From an uncultured Geminicoccaceae bacterium (GTDB lineage Bacteria > Pseudomonadota > Alphaproteobacteria > Geminicoccales > Geminicoccaceae), in the NCBI GenBank assembly GCA_964402505.1, contig CAYOCP010000016.1, positions 27,853 to 91,852 of the forward strand: a stretch of DNA of 64,000 nucleotides, given 5' to 3'. Below are positions 50,282-58,779 of the stretch, piece by piece; positions within the stretch are counted from its first letter, which is position 1; each line of letters opens with the position of its first letter. Below the pieces are notes generated by a model. The model saw nothing but the letters and a program-made list of their open reading frames with translations, was not told the DNA's origin and ran no database searches. The position numbers and the translations under genes are program-made.

Positions 50282-51078
50282 ACGCCGGCGTCGGCGAGCT
50301 GCTCGAAGGCCGCAAGCTCAGGCTCGGCCACTACGTGGGCGAGTTCACCACCCCCGGCATCGGCTACATCATGCGCGAGGCCGGGGCGGAGTTCGTCTTC
50401 CTCGACATGGAGCACAGCGGCAACTCCTTCGAGACGCTGCACCGCGTGCTCCGCTATTTCGAGGCGGCGGGCGTGCCGGCCTTCGTGCGGGTGCCGTCGG
50501 ACAGCTACGACCACATCGCCCGCGCCCTCGACTGCGGTGCCGAGGCCATCGTCATCCCCATGGTCGGATCGGCGGCCCAGGCGCGCGCCATCGTCGAGAA
50601 GATGAAGTACACGCCGAGAGGCAAGCGCGGCCTGGCGCTCGGCCTCGCCAACGACCGCTACAAGGTGGCACCCGTCGCCGAAGCGCTCGCCGCCGCCAAC
50701 GGCCGGACCCGGCTCGTCTGCCTGATCGAGACGGCCGAGGGTGTCGCCGAGGTCGAGGCCATCGCCGCGGTGGATGGTGTCGACGTGCTCTGGGTCGGTC
50801 ATCTCGACCTCACGGCGAGCATGGGCATCCCGGGTGAGTTCGACCACCCGGACTTCGAGAAGGCGCTGCGGAAGGTCCTCGAGGCCGGGCTCGGGCACGG
50901 GAGGGGCCTGGGGCGCATGGTCGGCGACAGCGCCGCCGGCGTGGCGCTCGCCCGCGAGGGCTGGAACCTCATCGCCTATAGCGGCGATGTCTGGCTCTTG
51001 CAGGCGGCCCTGCGCCAGGGCCTCGACGGCATTCGCTCGGGCTATGCGAGCGGCGCGAAAGATGCCACCAAGGACTGA
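50278..51078 (+). CDS. HpcH/HpaI-family aldolase (2-keto-3-deoxy-acid aldolase type)
   Basis: 266 aa: FVFLDMEHS, VRVPS, IVIPMV, PRGKRG, ETAEGVAEVEAIAAVDGVDVLWVGHLDL. GTGA overlap with the upstream gene. Confidence 0.85.
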   Translation: MNAGVGELLEGRKLRLGHYVGEFTTPGIGYIMREAGAEFVFLDMEHSGNSFETLHRVLRYFEAAGVPAFVRVPSDSYDHIARALDCGAEAIVIPMVGSAAQARAIVEKMKYTPRGKRGLALGLANDRYKVAPVAEALAAANGRTRLVCLIETAEGVAEVEAIAAVDGVDVLWVGHLDLTASMGIPGEFDHPDFEKALRKVLEAGLGHGRGLGRMVGDSAAGVALAREGWNLIAYSGDVWLLQAALRQGLDGIRSGYASGAKDATKD

Positions 51079-51118
51079 ACCGCAAGACCTGATGAGAAAG
51101 CCCGGGGAGGCTCTCGAG

Positions 51119-52168
51119 ATGGCGACCTTCGAAGTGGCGCTCAGCGGCGACTTCCGCCTGCCGGACGGCAGTGCTGCCTATCCCTCCTTCGATCTCGGCC
51201 CGCTTCGGAACCATCCCGGCGTGCGCCTGCGCTACGTCGATCCGATCGAAGGCGCCATGCCGGGCGAAGCGCTCGAGGACGTGGATGCGCTCATCCTCCT
51301 GGTCCCGCGGTTCAATGCCAAAAGCGTGCCGAAGAGCCGCCGGCTCGCCGTCGTGGCGCGCTTCGGCGTCGGCTTCGACAGCGTCGACGTGCCGCTCTGC
51401 ACGAGGAACGACATCGCCCTCGTCACCACGCCCGACGGCGTGCGCCGGCCGGTCGCCGTCGCCATCCTCACCTTCGTCCTGGCCCTCGCGGGCAGGCTCA
51501 TGGTCAAGGACCGGCTGGTCCGCCAGGGACCCGAGGGCTGGAGTCGGCGCAGCGCCCACATGGGCGTGGGCCTCGTCGGCCGCACCCTCGGCCAGCTCGG
51601 CATCGGCAATATCGGTGCGGAGGTCTTCCGCATCGCCCGGCCGCTCGACATGCGCTTCATCGCCTTCGACCCTTACGCCGACCCGACCGTCGCCGCCACG
51701 CTCGGCGTCGAGCTGGTCGATCTCGAGACGCTTTTTCGGGAGAGCGACTTCCTCTCGGTGAGCTGCCCCCTGAACGAGGAGACCCGGCACATCGTGAACG
51801 CGGAGCGCCTCGCCCTGATGAAGCCGTCGGCCTTCCTCATCAATACGTCACGCGGGCCCGTGATCGACCAGAAGGCGCTCTTCGAAGCACTGAAGGCGGA
51901 CCGGCTCGCCGGGGCCGGGCTCGACGTGTTCGAGCACGAGCCGACGCGGGCGGGCGAGCCGATCACGACGCTGGAGAACGTGATCCTGGCGCCGCACGCG
52001 CTCTGCTGGACGGACGAATGCTTCGCCGGCATCGGTGCCGCCGACGTGGCGGCGGTGCTCACGCTGATGCAGGGAGAGGTGCCGCGCGGCATCGTCAATC
52101 GCGAGATCACCGAACGCCCGGGCTGGCAGGCCAAGCTCGCGGCCCTGGGCAAGAGCTTCGCCGGCTGA
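51119..52168 (+). CDS. D-isomer-specific 2-hydroxyacid dehydrogenase
   Basis: 349 aa: NAD motif GQLGIGNIGAEVF, SVSCPLNEETRHIV, LINTSRGPVID, GLDVFEHEP, APHAL. ATG 51119 lies 8 nt after GGGGAGG. Confidence 0.88.
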   Translation: MATFEVALSGDFRLPDGSAAYPSFDLGPLRNHPGVRLRYVDPIEGAMPGEALEDVDALILLVPRFNAKSVPKSRRLAVVARFGVGFDSVDVPLCTRNDIALVTTPDGVRRPVAVAILTFVLALAGRLMVKDRLVRQGPEGWSRRSAHMGVGLVGRTLGQLGIGNIGAEVFRIARPLDMRFIAFDPYADPTVAATLGVELVDLETLFRESDFLSVSCPLNEETRHIVNAERLALMKPSAFLINTSRGPVIDQKALFEALKADRLAGAGLDVFEHEPTRAGEPITTLENVILAPHALCWTDECFAGIGAADVAAVLTLMQGEVPRGIVNREITERPGWQAKLAALGKSFAG

Positions 52169-52196
52169 GATCAGCCGGATCAGAAGGGAGGCAGCA

Positions 52197-53639
52197 ATGA
52201 TGAACCGCAGAACCACCTTCGCCACCATGGCGGGCGCCACGGCCCTCCTCCTGGGCCAGCCGGCGCTGGCCCAGTCGGCGGCCGAGCGTGCCGTCGAGGC
52301 GGCGAAGCCGTACGCCGGCACCGAGATCAGCATCGTCTGGGAGGCGGGGCTGCAGGCGCTCGATCCCCTGAACTTCTCGGGGCCGGAGTGGAAGGAGCTC
52401 ACCGGCATCGACGTCAAGGTCATCGAGGTGCCGACCGCCGAGATGTTCACCAAGATCCTGCAGGAGCACCGGGCCGGCACCGGCGCCTATGACGCGCTCA
52501 ACGTCATCCCGTCCTGGATGCCCGACCTCGCGCGCGCCGGCGCCCTCGAGCCGCTCGACGCCTATGTCGACGAGTACGGCTACCGGGACGAGCTGGAGAC
52601 CATCGCCCCGGTCTACCGCGACAACCAGATGAAGGTCGGCGACACCATCTACGGCCTGCCCGACGACGGCGACGTCTTCGTCCTCTACTACCGCACCGAC
52701 GTCCTGAACGATCCCGGGATCCAGGCCGCCTTCAAGGAGGCAAAGGGCTACGACCTGCCGGTGCCGCCCACCGACTGGCAGGAGTTCGACGACGTCGCCT
52801 GCTTCATCACCGACCACACCGGCGGCAAGCCCTACGGTGCCGGGCTCTTCCGCGACCCGCCCTACGCGCAGCAGATGTTCCAGGAGCGCTTCCGCACGGC
52901 CGGCGGCAAGTTCTTCGATCCCGAGACCATGCAGGCAACCGTCAACAGCGAGGCCGGTGTCAGCGTCTTCCAGAGCATGCTCGCGGAGAACAAGTGCATG
53001 CCGCCCGGCGTGGAGACCTGGGGCTTCGTCGAGAACCTCGCGGCCTTCCTCCAGGGCGACACGGCGATGACCATCTCCTGGCCCCCCTACGGCCGCTGGG
53101 CCGCCGGATACGGCCTCGAGCAGGAGGCCTTCTCGTGGGTCCCCAAGTCCGAGATCGCCGGCAAGGTCGGCTACGCCCTGACACCGGGCGGCCACCCGGA
53201 GCTCGCCTCCGGCTTCTCGCTCGCCGTCTCCAGCGATTCTCGGCACAAGGAGGCGGCCTACCTCTTCATCCAGTGGCTGAACTCCGAGGACATCAGCATC
53301 CAGCGGGTGCAGCTCCCCTACGCGCTGCGCGACCCCTTCCGCGAGAGCCACTTCACCAGCGAAGAGTACCGCTCGCGCTGGCCCGAGGCGCCGCAATATC
53401 TGGACACCCTGCAGGCGGCGGCCCGAAGCGGCATCCTCGACCTCTCGATCCTGCAGACCGACCGCTACGAGGAGGCGCTCCGGCAGGGCATCTCCAGGCT
53501 CTGGGCCGGCGACGACCCCAAGGCCATCCTCGACGACGTGGCCGCCCAGTGGGACGCGATCACCGAGCGGGTCGGCGTCGACGCCCAGCGCGCGGCCTAC
53601 GAGGACTGGGCATCCAAGCCCAACGCCTACCCGAACTGA
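52197..53639 (+). CDS. ABC transporter substrate-binding protein (extracellular solute-binding family 1, carbohydrate type)
   Basis: 480 aa with signal peptide MMNRRTTFATMAGATALLLGQPALAQS and the typical SBP_bac_1 pattern (YDALNVIPSWMPDLA..., GLPDDGDVFVLYYR). Confidence 0.85.
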   Translation: MMNRRTTFATMAGATALLLGQPALAQSAAERAVEAAKPYAGTEISIVWEAGLQALDPLNFSGPEWKELTGIDVKVIEVPTAEMFTKILQEHRAGTGAYDALNVIPSWMPDLARAGALEPLDAYVDEYGYRDELETIAPVYRDNQMKVGDTIYGLPDDGDVFVLYYRTDVLNDPGIQAAFKEAKGYDLPVPPTDWQEFDDVACFITDHTGGKPYGAGLFRDPPYAQQMFQERFRTAGGKFFDPETMQATVNSEAGVSVFQSMLAENKCMPPGVETWGFVENLAAFLQGDTAMTISWPPYGRWAAGYGLEQEAFSWVPKSEIAGKVGYALTPGGHPELASGFSLAVSSDSRHKEAAYLFIQWLNSEDISIQRVQLPYALRDPFRESHFTSEEYRSRWPEAPQYLDTLQAAARSGILDLSILQTDRYEEALRQGISRLWAGDDPKAILDDVAAQWDAITERVGVDAQRAAYEDWASKPNAYPN

Positions 53640-53651
53640 GCCCTCGATTCC

Positions 53652-53674
53652 CGGGGGCGGCAGCACCGCCCCCG
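53652..53674 (+). promoter_or_regulatory. Intercistronic GC-rich stem-loop after the second SBP gene
   Basis: CGGGGGCGG-CAGCA-CCGCCCCCG (9-bp stem, 5-nt loop) 13 nt after the SBP stop, with no U-tract. Confidence 0.45.
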
Positions 53675-53695
53675 CACCTTCCGGGCCCCCTGCCC

Positions 53696-54583
53696 ATGCA
53701 TCCAGCCTCAGGACAGGCCTTCGTCGGCCGCGGCTTCAAGTACGGCATGATCTGGCCGGCCGTGCTGGTGATCCTGCTGATCGGGCTCTTCCCGGTTCTC
53801 TACACGGGCATCGTCAGCTTCCAGGGCATCGACATGTTCGCCGAGGATACGGGCTTCAAGGGTGCGATCCACTACCGGCGGCTGATGACCGACCCGCGGT
53901 TCTGGGAGTCGGTGCTGCACACAGGCATCTTCCTCGCTTTGGCCCTGCCGCTCGAGCTGGTCCTGGGCCTGCTCCTGGCCCTCCTCCTGCTCGACCGGCT
54001 GCCGGGCAAGCAGATCTTCGTCGCCCTCCTGATCCTGCCGGTCGTCACCTCGCCGATCATCGCGGGCTCGACCTGGCGGCTCCTCCTCGACAACCGCTAC
54101 GGGCCCATCAACCAGATCCTCTCCTGGCTCTGGACGGAGCCCGTCACCATCCTCTGGACCGTCAACCCGGCGTTCGTGTACGCGGCCATCCTGCTCGCCG
54201 AAATCTGGCAATGGACGCCCTTCATGTTCCTCCTGCTGCTCGCCGGGCTCGCCAATGTCGACCCGTCGCTGGCCGAGGCGGCCGAGCTCGACGGGGCGGG
54301 CTTCTGGAAGACCTTCTGGTACGTCACCCTGCCGGTCGTCCGGCCGGTCATCCTCATCGCCTGCCTGATCCGCGCCCTCGATCTCTTCCGCCTCTTCGAC
54401 GTGGTATGGGCGCTCACCCGGGGCGGCCCCGGCACGCTCACCGAGACCGTCTCGATCTACGCCTACGTGCTCGCCTTCAAGCAGTTCGAGACGAGCTACG
54501 CCGCCGCCCTCGCGGTCGTCGTCATCGTCCTCCTCTCGCTCGTCGTCATGGCAGCGCTGCGCCGCGTCGAGTTCACCCGATGA
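53696..54583 (+). CDS. Carbohydrate ABC transporter permease (MalF/UgpA type)
   Basis: 295 aa, 6 TM helices, EAA loop AEAAELDGAGFWKTFWYVTLP. Confidence 0.87.
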   Translation: MHPASGQAFVGRGFKYGMIWPAVLVILLIGLFPVLYTGIVSFQGIDMFAEDTGFKGAIHYRRLMTDPRFWESVLHTGIFLALALPLELVLGLLLALLLLDRLPGKQIFVALLILPVVTSPIIAGSTWRLLLDNRYGPINQILSWLWTEPVTILWTVNPAFVYAAILLAEIWQWTPFMFLLLLAGLANVDPSLAEAAELDGAGFWKTFWYVTLPVVRPVILIACLIRALDLFRLFDVVWALTRGGPGTLTETVSIYAYVLAFKQFETSYAAALAVVVIVLLSLVVMAALRRVEFTR

Positions 54584-54590
54584 GGCGCTC

Positions 54591-55412
54591 ATGAGGCAGT
54601 CGACCGGCACGCTCGTGATCCGCTACCTGCTCGTCGCGCTCGCCCTCCTCTTCTTCCTTTTCCCGATCTACTGGCTGGTCGCCATCTCGCTCAAGACGCC
54701 GGACGAGATCTTCGCGAGCCCGCCCATCTGGGTGCCGGGCCAGCTCCAGCTCCAGAACTACGCCGTGCTCTTCAAGGACGGCGATGTCTGGACCATCTGG
54801 AACAGCCTCGTCGTCGCCACGGTCAGCACCGTTGCCGCCATGCTGCTCGGCACCATGTGCGCCTACTCGATGGCGCGCTTCCGGACCGGCGGCGACCACT
54901 TCGCCATGTGGGTCATCTCCAACCGCATGATCCCGCCGATCGTCATCGTCTTTCCGGTCTTCCTCCTCTACGTGAAGCTCGGCTGGGTCGACACGCGGCT
55001 CGGGCTCACCATCCTCTACACCGCCTTCAACCTGCCCTACGTGATCTGGATGATGCGCGGCTACATCCAGGACGTGCCGATCGAGCTCGAGGAATCGGCG
55101 CTCGTCGACGGCTGCACGCGGCTGCAGACCTTCCGCCTGATCGTCCTGCCGGTGATCAAGGGCGGGCTCTTCGCCACCGCCGTCTTCACCTTCGTCTTCG
55201 CCTGGAACGAGTTCGTCTTCGCCCTCGTCCTCACCCGCAACGCCGCCACCACCTTCCCGGTCCAGGTCACCCACTATTTCGGCGGCCAGTCCAATTTCTG
55301 GGCCAAGATCGCCGCCATGAGCACGCTCGGCACGATCCCGATCTTCATCGCCGTCGCCATGCTGCAGAAATTCCTGGTGCGCGGCGTCTCCATGGGGGCC
55401 GTCAAGGGGTGA
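54591..55412 (+). CDS. Carbohydrate ABC transporter permease (MalG/UgpE type)
   Basis: 273 aa, EAA loop EESALVDGCTRLQTFRLIVLP. Confidence 0.87.
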   Translation: MRQSTGTLVIRYLLVALALLFFLFPIYWLVAISLKTPDEIFASPPIWVPGQLQLQNYAVLFKDGDVWTIWNSLVVATVSTVAAMLLGTMCAYSMARFRTGGDHFAMWVISNRMIPPIVIVFPVFLLYVKLGWVDTRLGLTILYTAFNLPYVIWMMRGYIQDVPIELEESALVDGCTRLQTFRLIVLPVIKGGLFATAVFTFVFAWNEFVFALVLTRNAATTFPVQVTHYFGGQSNFWAKIAAMSTLGTIPIFIAVAMLQKFLVRGVSMGAVKG

Positions 55413-55422
55413 GCGGCGGGCG

Positions 55423-57174
55423 TCAGGCGGGCGCCGCGGGCTCGCCCGCAGCGCCGGCGCGACGCGCCAGAAGCTGCTCCACGACCGCGAGCAGCCGCTC
55501 GTGGCTGAAGGGCTTGGCGAGGAGCGGCGCATCCCGGCAGGATGCCGGCAGCGCGTCCCGGCCGTAGCCGGTGGCGAAGGCGAAGGGGACACCCCGGGCC
55601 GCCAGCGCCACGACGACCCCATCGACCGGCCGGCCGTTCAGATTGGCGTCGACCAGCGCCGCCTCGAACTGGTGCTCGGCGATCAGCCGAAGCGCCCGCT
55701 CGGTGCTCGGGGCCGGTCCCAGAACCTCGTAGCCGGCTGCCTCGAGCTCGTCCTCGATCAGCATCGCCACCAAGGGCTCGTCCTCGACCACGAGAATGCG
55801 CGCGGCCCGCCCGCCGCCGGTCGGCCGCTCGCCCGCCGGTGCCGGGGTCGATGGCCGGAAGGCCTTCGGCGACGGCGGAGCCCCGGACGGTGCCGCGGCA
55901 GCGGTGGTGACCAGCGGCAGTCGAATCTCGCAATGGACACCGTCGCCGGTGTAGGCATGCCTGGTCGTGCCGCCATTGGCCTCGAGGCCGCGCTCGATCA
56001 GGGACGAGCCGAAGCCTCGCCCCGCCCGCGGGGCGAGGCCGGCCCTGCCGCTCTCGCGCCAGCTCAGATGCAGCTCCGGCACCTCGTCCCCCGCCACGCG
56101 CCAGGTGACGGCGAGGTGCCCTTCGGGCACGGCCAGGGCGCCATGGAGGCGCGCATTGGTGGCGAGCTCGTGCAGCACCAGCGCCAGCTGCAGCGCCACC
56201 GGAGCTTCGAGCAGCACCGAAGGCCCCGAGCAGGAGGCGCGCGACAGCTCGCCGTCATCGGGACCGAGCTGATCCCTGATCAGCGCCTCCAGCTCTGCAC
56301 CCCGCATCCCGTTCCGGCCGAGCCGGTCGTGCGCCCGGGCCAGCGCCTGCACCCGGCCGTTGAAGGCGGCGACGAACGATCCGGTGTCGGTGGCGCCGCG
56401 CATCGACTGGCTGGCGATCGCCTGGATGGTCGCCAGCAGATTCTTGACCCGGTGATCGAGCTCGTTGAAGAGCAGGGCCTGCATCTCCTCGCTCCGCTTG
56501 CGCTCGGTGATGTCGCGGGCCACCTTCGAGGCGCCGACGATGGTGCCCTGGCTGTCGCGGATCGGCGAGACGGTGAGCGAGACCACGACCCGCCGGCCAT
56601 CCTTGGCGAGGCGCACCGTATCGAAATGCTCGATGCGCTCGCCGGCCCGCAGCCGCGCCAGGATCTCCTCCTCCTCCCCCTGCAGCTCCGGCGGGATGAT
56701 CTGCCTGATGGAGCGGCCGATCATCTCCCCTTCCTCGTAGCCGAAGATGCGTCCGGCGGCGGCGTTCCAGGAGGTGACGACGCCCTCCAGGGTCTTGCCG
56801 ACGATAGCGTCGTCGGACGAGTCGACGATCGCCGCCAGCCTCGCGGCGGCGAGCTCGGCCTGCCGGTGATCTCCCACCTCCGCCAGGAGATTGACGGAGC
56901 CCGTGATCCGCCCCTCGCCGTTTCCGCCCTCCGGCTGCGCCCCGAGCACCCCCGCCCCCTCCCGCAGCGGGCTCGCGTAAGCCATCAGCGCCACCCGCGT
57001 GTCGTCCGGTCGCCGCGCGACCACCTCTTTCGCACCGACCGCGCGTCCCTCCCGGAGCGCCGCCGACATCGGCCATTCCTCCGCGCGGAGCATCCGGCCG
57101 TCCGGCCAGAAGAGGCGCCAGCCATCGCCGGGAACGGGGCTCCCCCGTGCCGGCCGCCCGCCCCAGAGCGCCAC
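55423..57174 (-). CDS. Hybrid HWE-family histidine kinase with PAS domains and C-terminal receiver
   Basis: PAS repeats, H-box ELDHRVKNLLATIQAIASQS, N-box HELATNARLHGAL, LSWRESGRAG...GRGFGSSLIE (HWE W-x-E / GFG), and a receiver ILVVEDEPLVAMLIEDELE...DANL...AKPF. The tracked GTG start at 57174 cuts into a PAS domain; see the frameshift finding (likely true 5' end near 57263). Confidence 0.82.
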   Translation of the reverse strand: MALWGGRPARGSPVPGDGWRLFWPDGRMLRAEEWPMSAALREGRAVGAKEVVARRPDDTRVALMAYASPLREGAGVLGAQPEGGNGEGRITGSVNLLAEVGDHRQAELAAARLAAIVDSSDDAIVGKTLEGVVTSWNAAAGRIFGYEEGEMIGRSIRQIIPPELQGEEEEILARLRAGERIEHFDTVRLAKDGRRVVVSLTVSPIRDSQGTIVGASKVARDITERKRSEEMQALLFNELDHRVKNLLATIQAIASQSMRGATDTGSFVAAFNGRVQALARAHDRLGRNGMRGAELEALIRDQLGPDDGELSRASCSGPSVLLEAPVALQLALVLHELATNARLHGALAVPEGHLAVTWRVAGDEVPELHLSWRESGRAGLAPRAGRGFGSSLIERGLEANGGTTRHAYTGDGVHCEIRLPLVTTAAAAPSGAPPSPKAFRPSTPAPAGERPTGGGRAARILVVEDEPLVAMLIEDELEAAGYEVLGPAPSTERALRLIAEHQFEAALVDANLNGRPVDGVVVALAARGVPFAFATGYGRDALPASCRDAPLLAKPFSHERLLAVVEQLLARRAGAAGEPAAPA

Positions 57175-57722
57175 GGCAGCCGGATTGCAGAACGTGAGAC
57201 GGCCTTGCCGGTCGCGAACATCGCGACCGGCAAGGCCTGGAGAAGCTGTTTGCCAACCATCATGCGCTCGGCTGTTGCAGCAAAGTATCGAACCCGCCCC
57301 GCCGCATCGGGTTCCTCGTTCCCTACACCAATTGCCGGCAGTGTTGCAGAGGGGATCGCATCACATCATCCAGAGCCGTCGGGGAGCTCGCCAGGGCGCA
57401 AGCTTGGAGCGAGACGGGCGTGGATTCCCTCTCCGTCGCATTGGCAAGGCGCACCCTTCCCCTGATCCGGTCCGCATGAGCGCCGTGCTTCGCGAATATC
57501 GACGCCTCGTTGCGCAGGTGATTCGCCCGCCGGGCGGAATGCGGTCGTCGTCCTGCACGCGACCGATGATCTCCTCCCTGCGAAGACGGTCCGATCCCCT
57601 GGCCGGCGCCCGATCGCGACAACGCGCGATAATCGACCGATCGCACGCCCTCGATCGGAGGTGGTGTCGGTTTCTGCGACAGGGGCATGAGGTGGATCGC
57701 CCGACGAGAAGGACGATCCAGG

Positions 57723-57959
57723 ATGAAGGCACGCAGACAGTTTACGGCCGCGTTCAAGGCCAAGCTCGCGCTTGAAGCGATCCGCGGCGAGCTGACGATC
57801 TCGGAGCTGGAGACGAAGCACCAGCTTCACCCGAACCCGATCACGCGGTGGAAGCGGCGGGCCATCGACAAGCTGGGCAAGGTCTTCGACGAGGCCTTCG
57901 ATCGCCGAGCCGGTGCGAACGAACCCGGGCAGCTCGACCTTGCGACCGAAATGGGATGA
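57723..57959 (+). mobile_element. IS3-family transposase OrfA remnant (no OrfB)
   Basis: MKARRQFTAAFKAKLALEAIRGELTISELETKHQLHPNPITRWKRRAIDKLGKVFDE... is the HTH_Tnp_1 / IS3-IS911 orfA pattern. It stops inside the leucine-zipper region, and the next gene (SDR, opposite strand) begins 31 nt later, so orfB and the right end are absent. Confidence 0.7.
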
Positions 57960-57990
57960 GCATCCTTGATCTGGCCGCGCTTCCCGCCAC

Positions 57991-58749
57991 TCAATCCTGC
58001 CGCTCGCCGATGACGAAGCCGCCGCCCGAGGCGTCGAGGTGGGCGCCGCTGATGAAGGAGGCGGCGGGGGAGAGCAGCCAGCGTATGGCCTCGGCGATCT
58101 CGCCGGCCTCGCCGACGCGGTGCATGGCGATGGTCGAGGCGAGCCCGGCCTCGATCCGGGGATCGCCGAGCTGGCCGCTCGTCATGTCGGTGCGGGTCAT
58201 GCCGGGACGGACCGCGTTCACGCGGATGCCGCTTTTGGCCACCTCCCTGGCGAGGCCGGTGGTGAAGGCATCGACGGCCGCCTTCGAGGCCGCATAGGCA
58301 CTGGCCCCGGCGCGCCCGCCGATGGTGGCCGCCATCGAGGAGACGTTGACGATGGCCCCACCGCCTTCCGGCATCCGCCGCACCGCCTCGCGGCAGCAGA
58401 GCATGAGGCCGATGACGTTGACCGCCATCAACCGCTCGAGCCCGCCCCTCTCGAGATCCCGGACCCGCGAGCGCATGCTGATCCCGGCGCTGTTGACGAG
58501 GCCGTCGACCGGCCCGAGCGCCTTCTCGGCGGCGTCGAAGAGGGCGATCACGTCGGCCTCCTGCGCCACGTCGCCCCGCACCGGCGCCGCGCGGCCGCCG
58601 GCCGCCTCGATCTCGGCCGCCAGCGCCAAAGCCGCATCGGCCCGGTCGCGATAGCCGATGGCGACGGCGACACCGTCCCTCGCCACCAGCCGCGCCGTCG
58701 CGGCGCCGATGCCCCTGGCCCCTCCGGTGATCAGGCAGACGCTCGTCAT
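57991..58749 (-). CDS. Short-chain dehydrogenase/reductase (SDR)
   Basis: TGGARGIGAATA cofactor motif, NSAG, catalytic YAASKAAV; 252 aa. Confidence 0.9.
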   Translation of the reverse strand: MTSVCLITGGARGIGAATARLVARDGVAVAIGYRDRADAALALAAEIEAAGGRAAPVRGDVAQEADVIALFDAAEKALGPVDGLVNSAGISMRSRVRDLERGGLERLMAVNVIGLMLCCREAVRRMPEGGGAIVNVSSMAATIGGRAGASAYAASKAAVDAFTTGLAREVAKSGIRVNAVRPGMTRTDMTSGQLGDPRIEAGLASTIAMHRVGEAGEIAEAIRWLLSPAASFISGAHLDASGGGFVIGERQD

Positions 58750-58779
58750 GGTCGTGCTTCCCTTGCTCTCGATGGCGGA

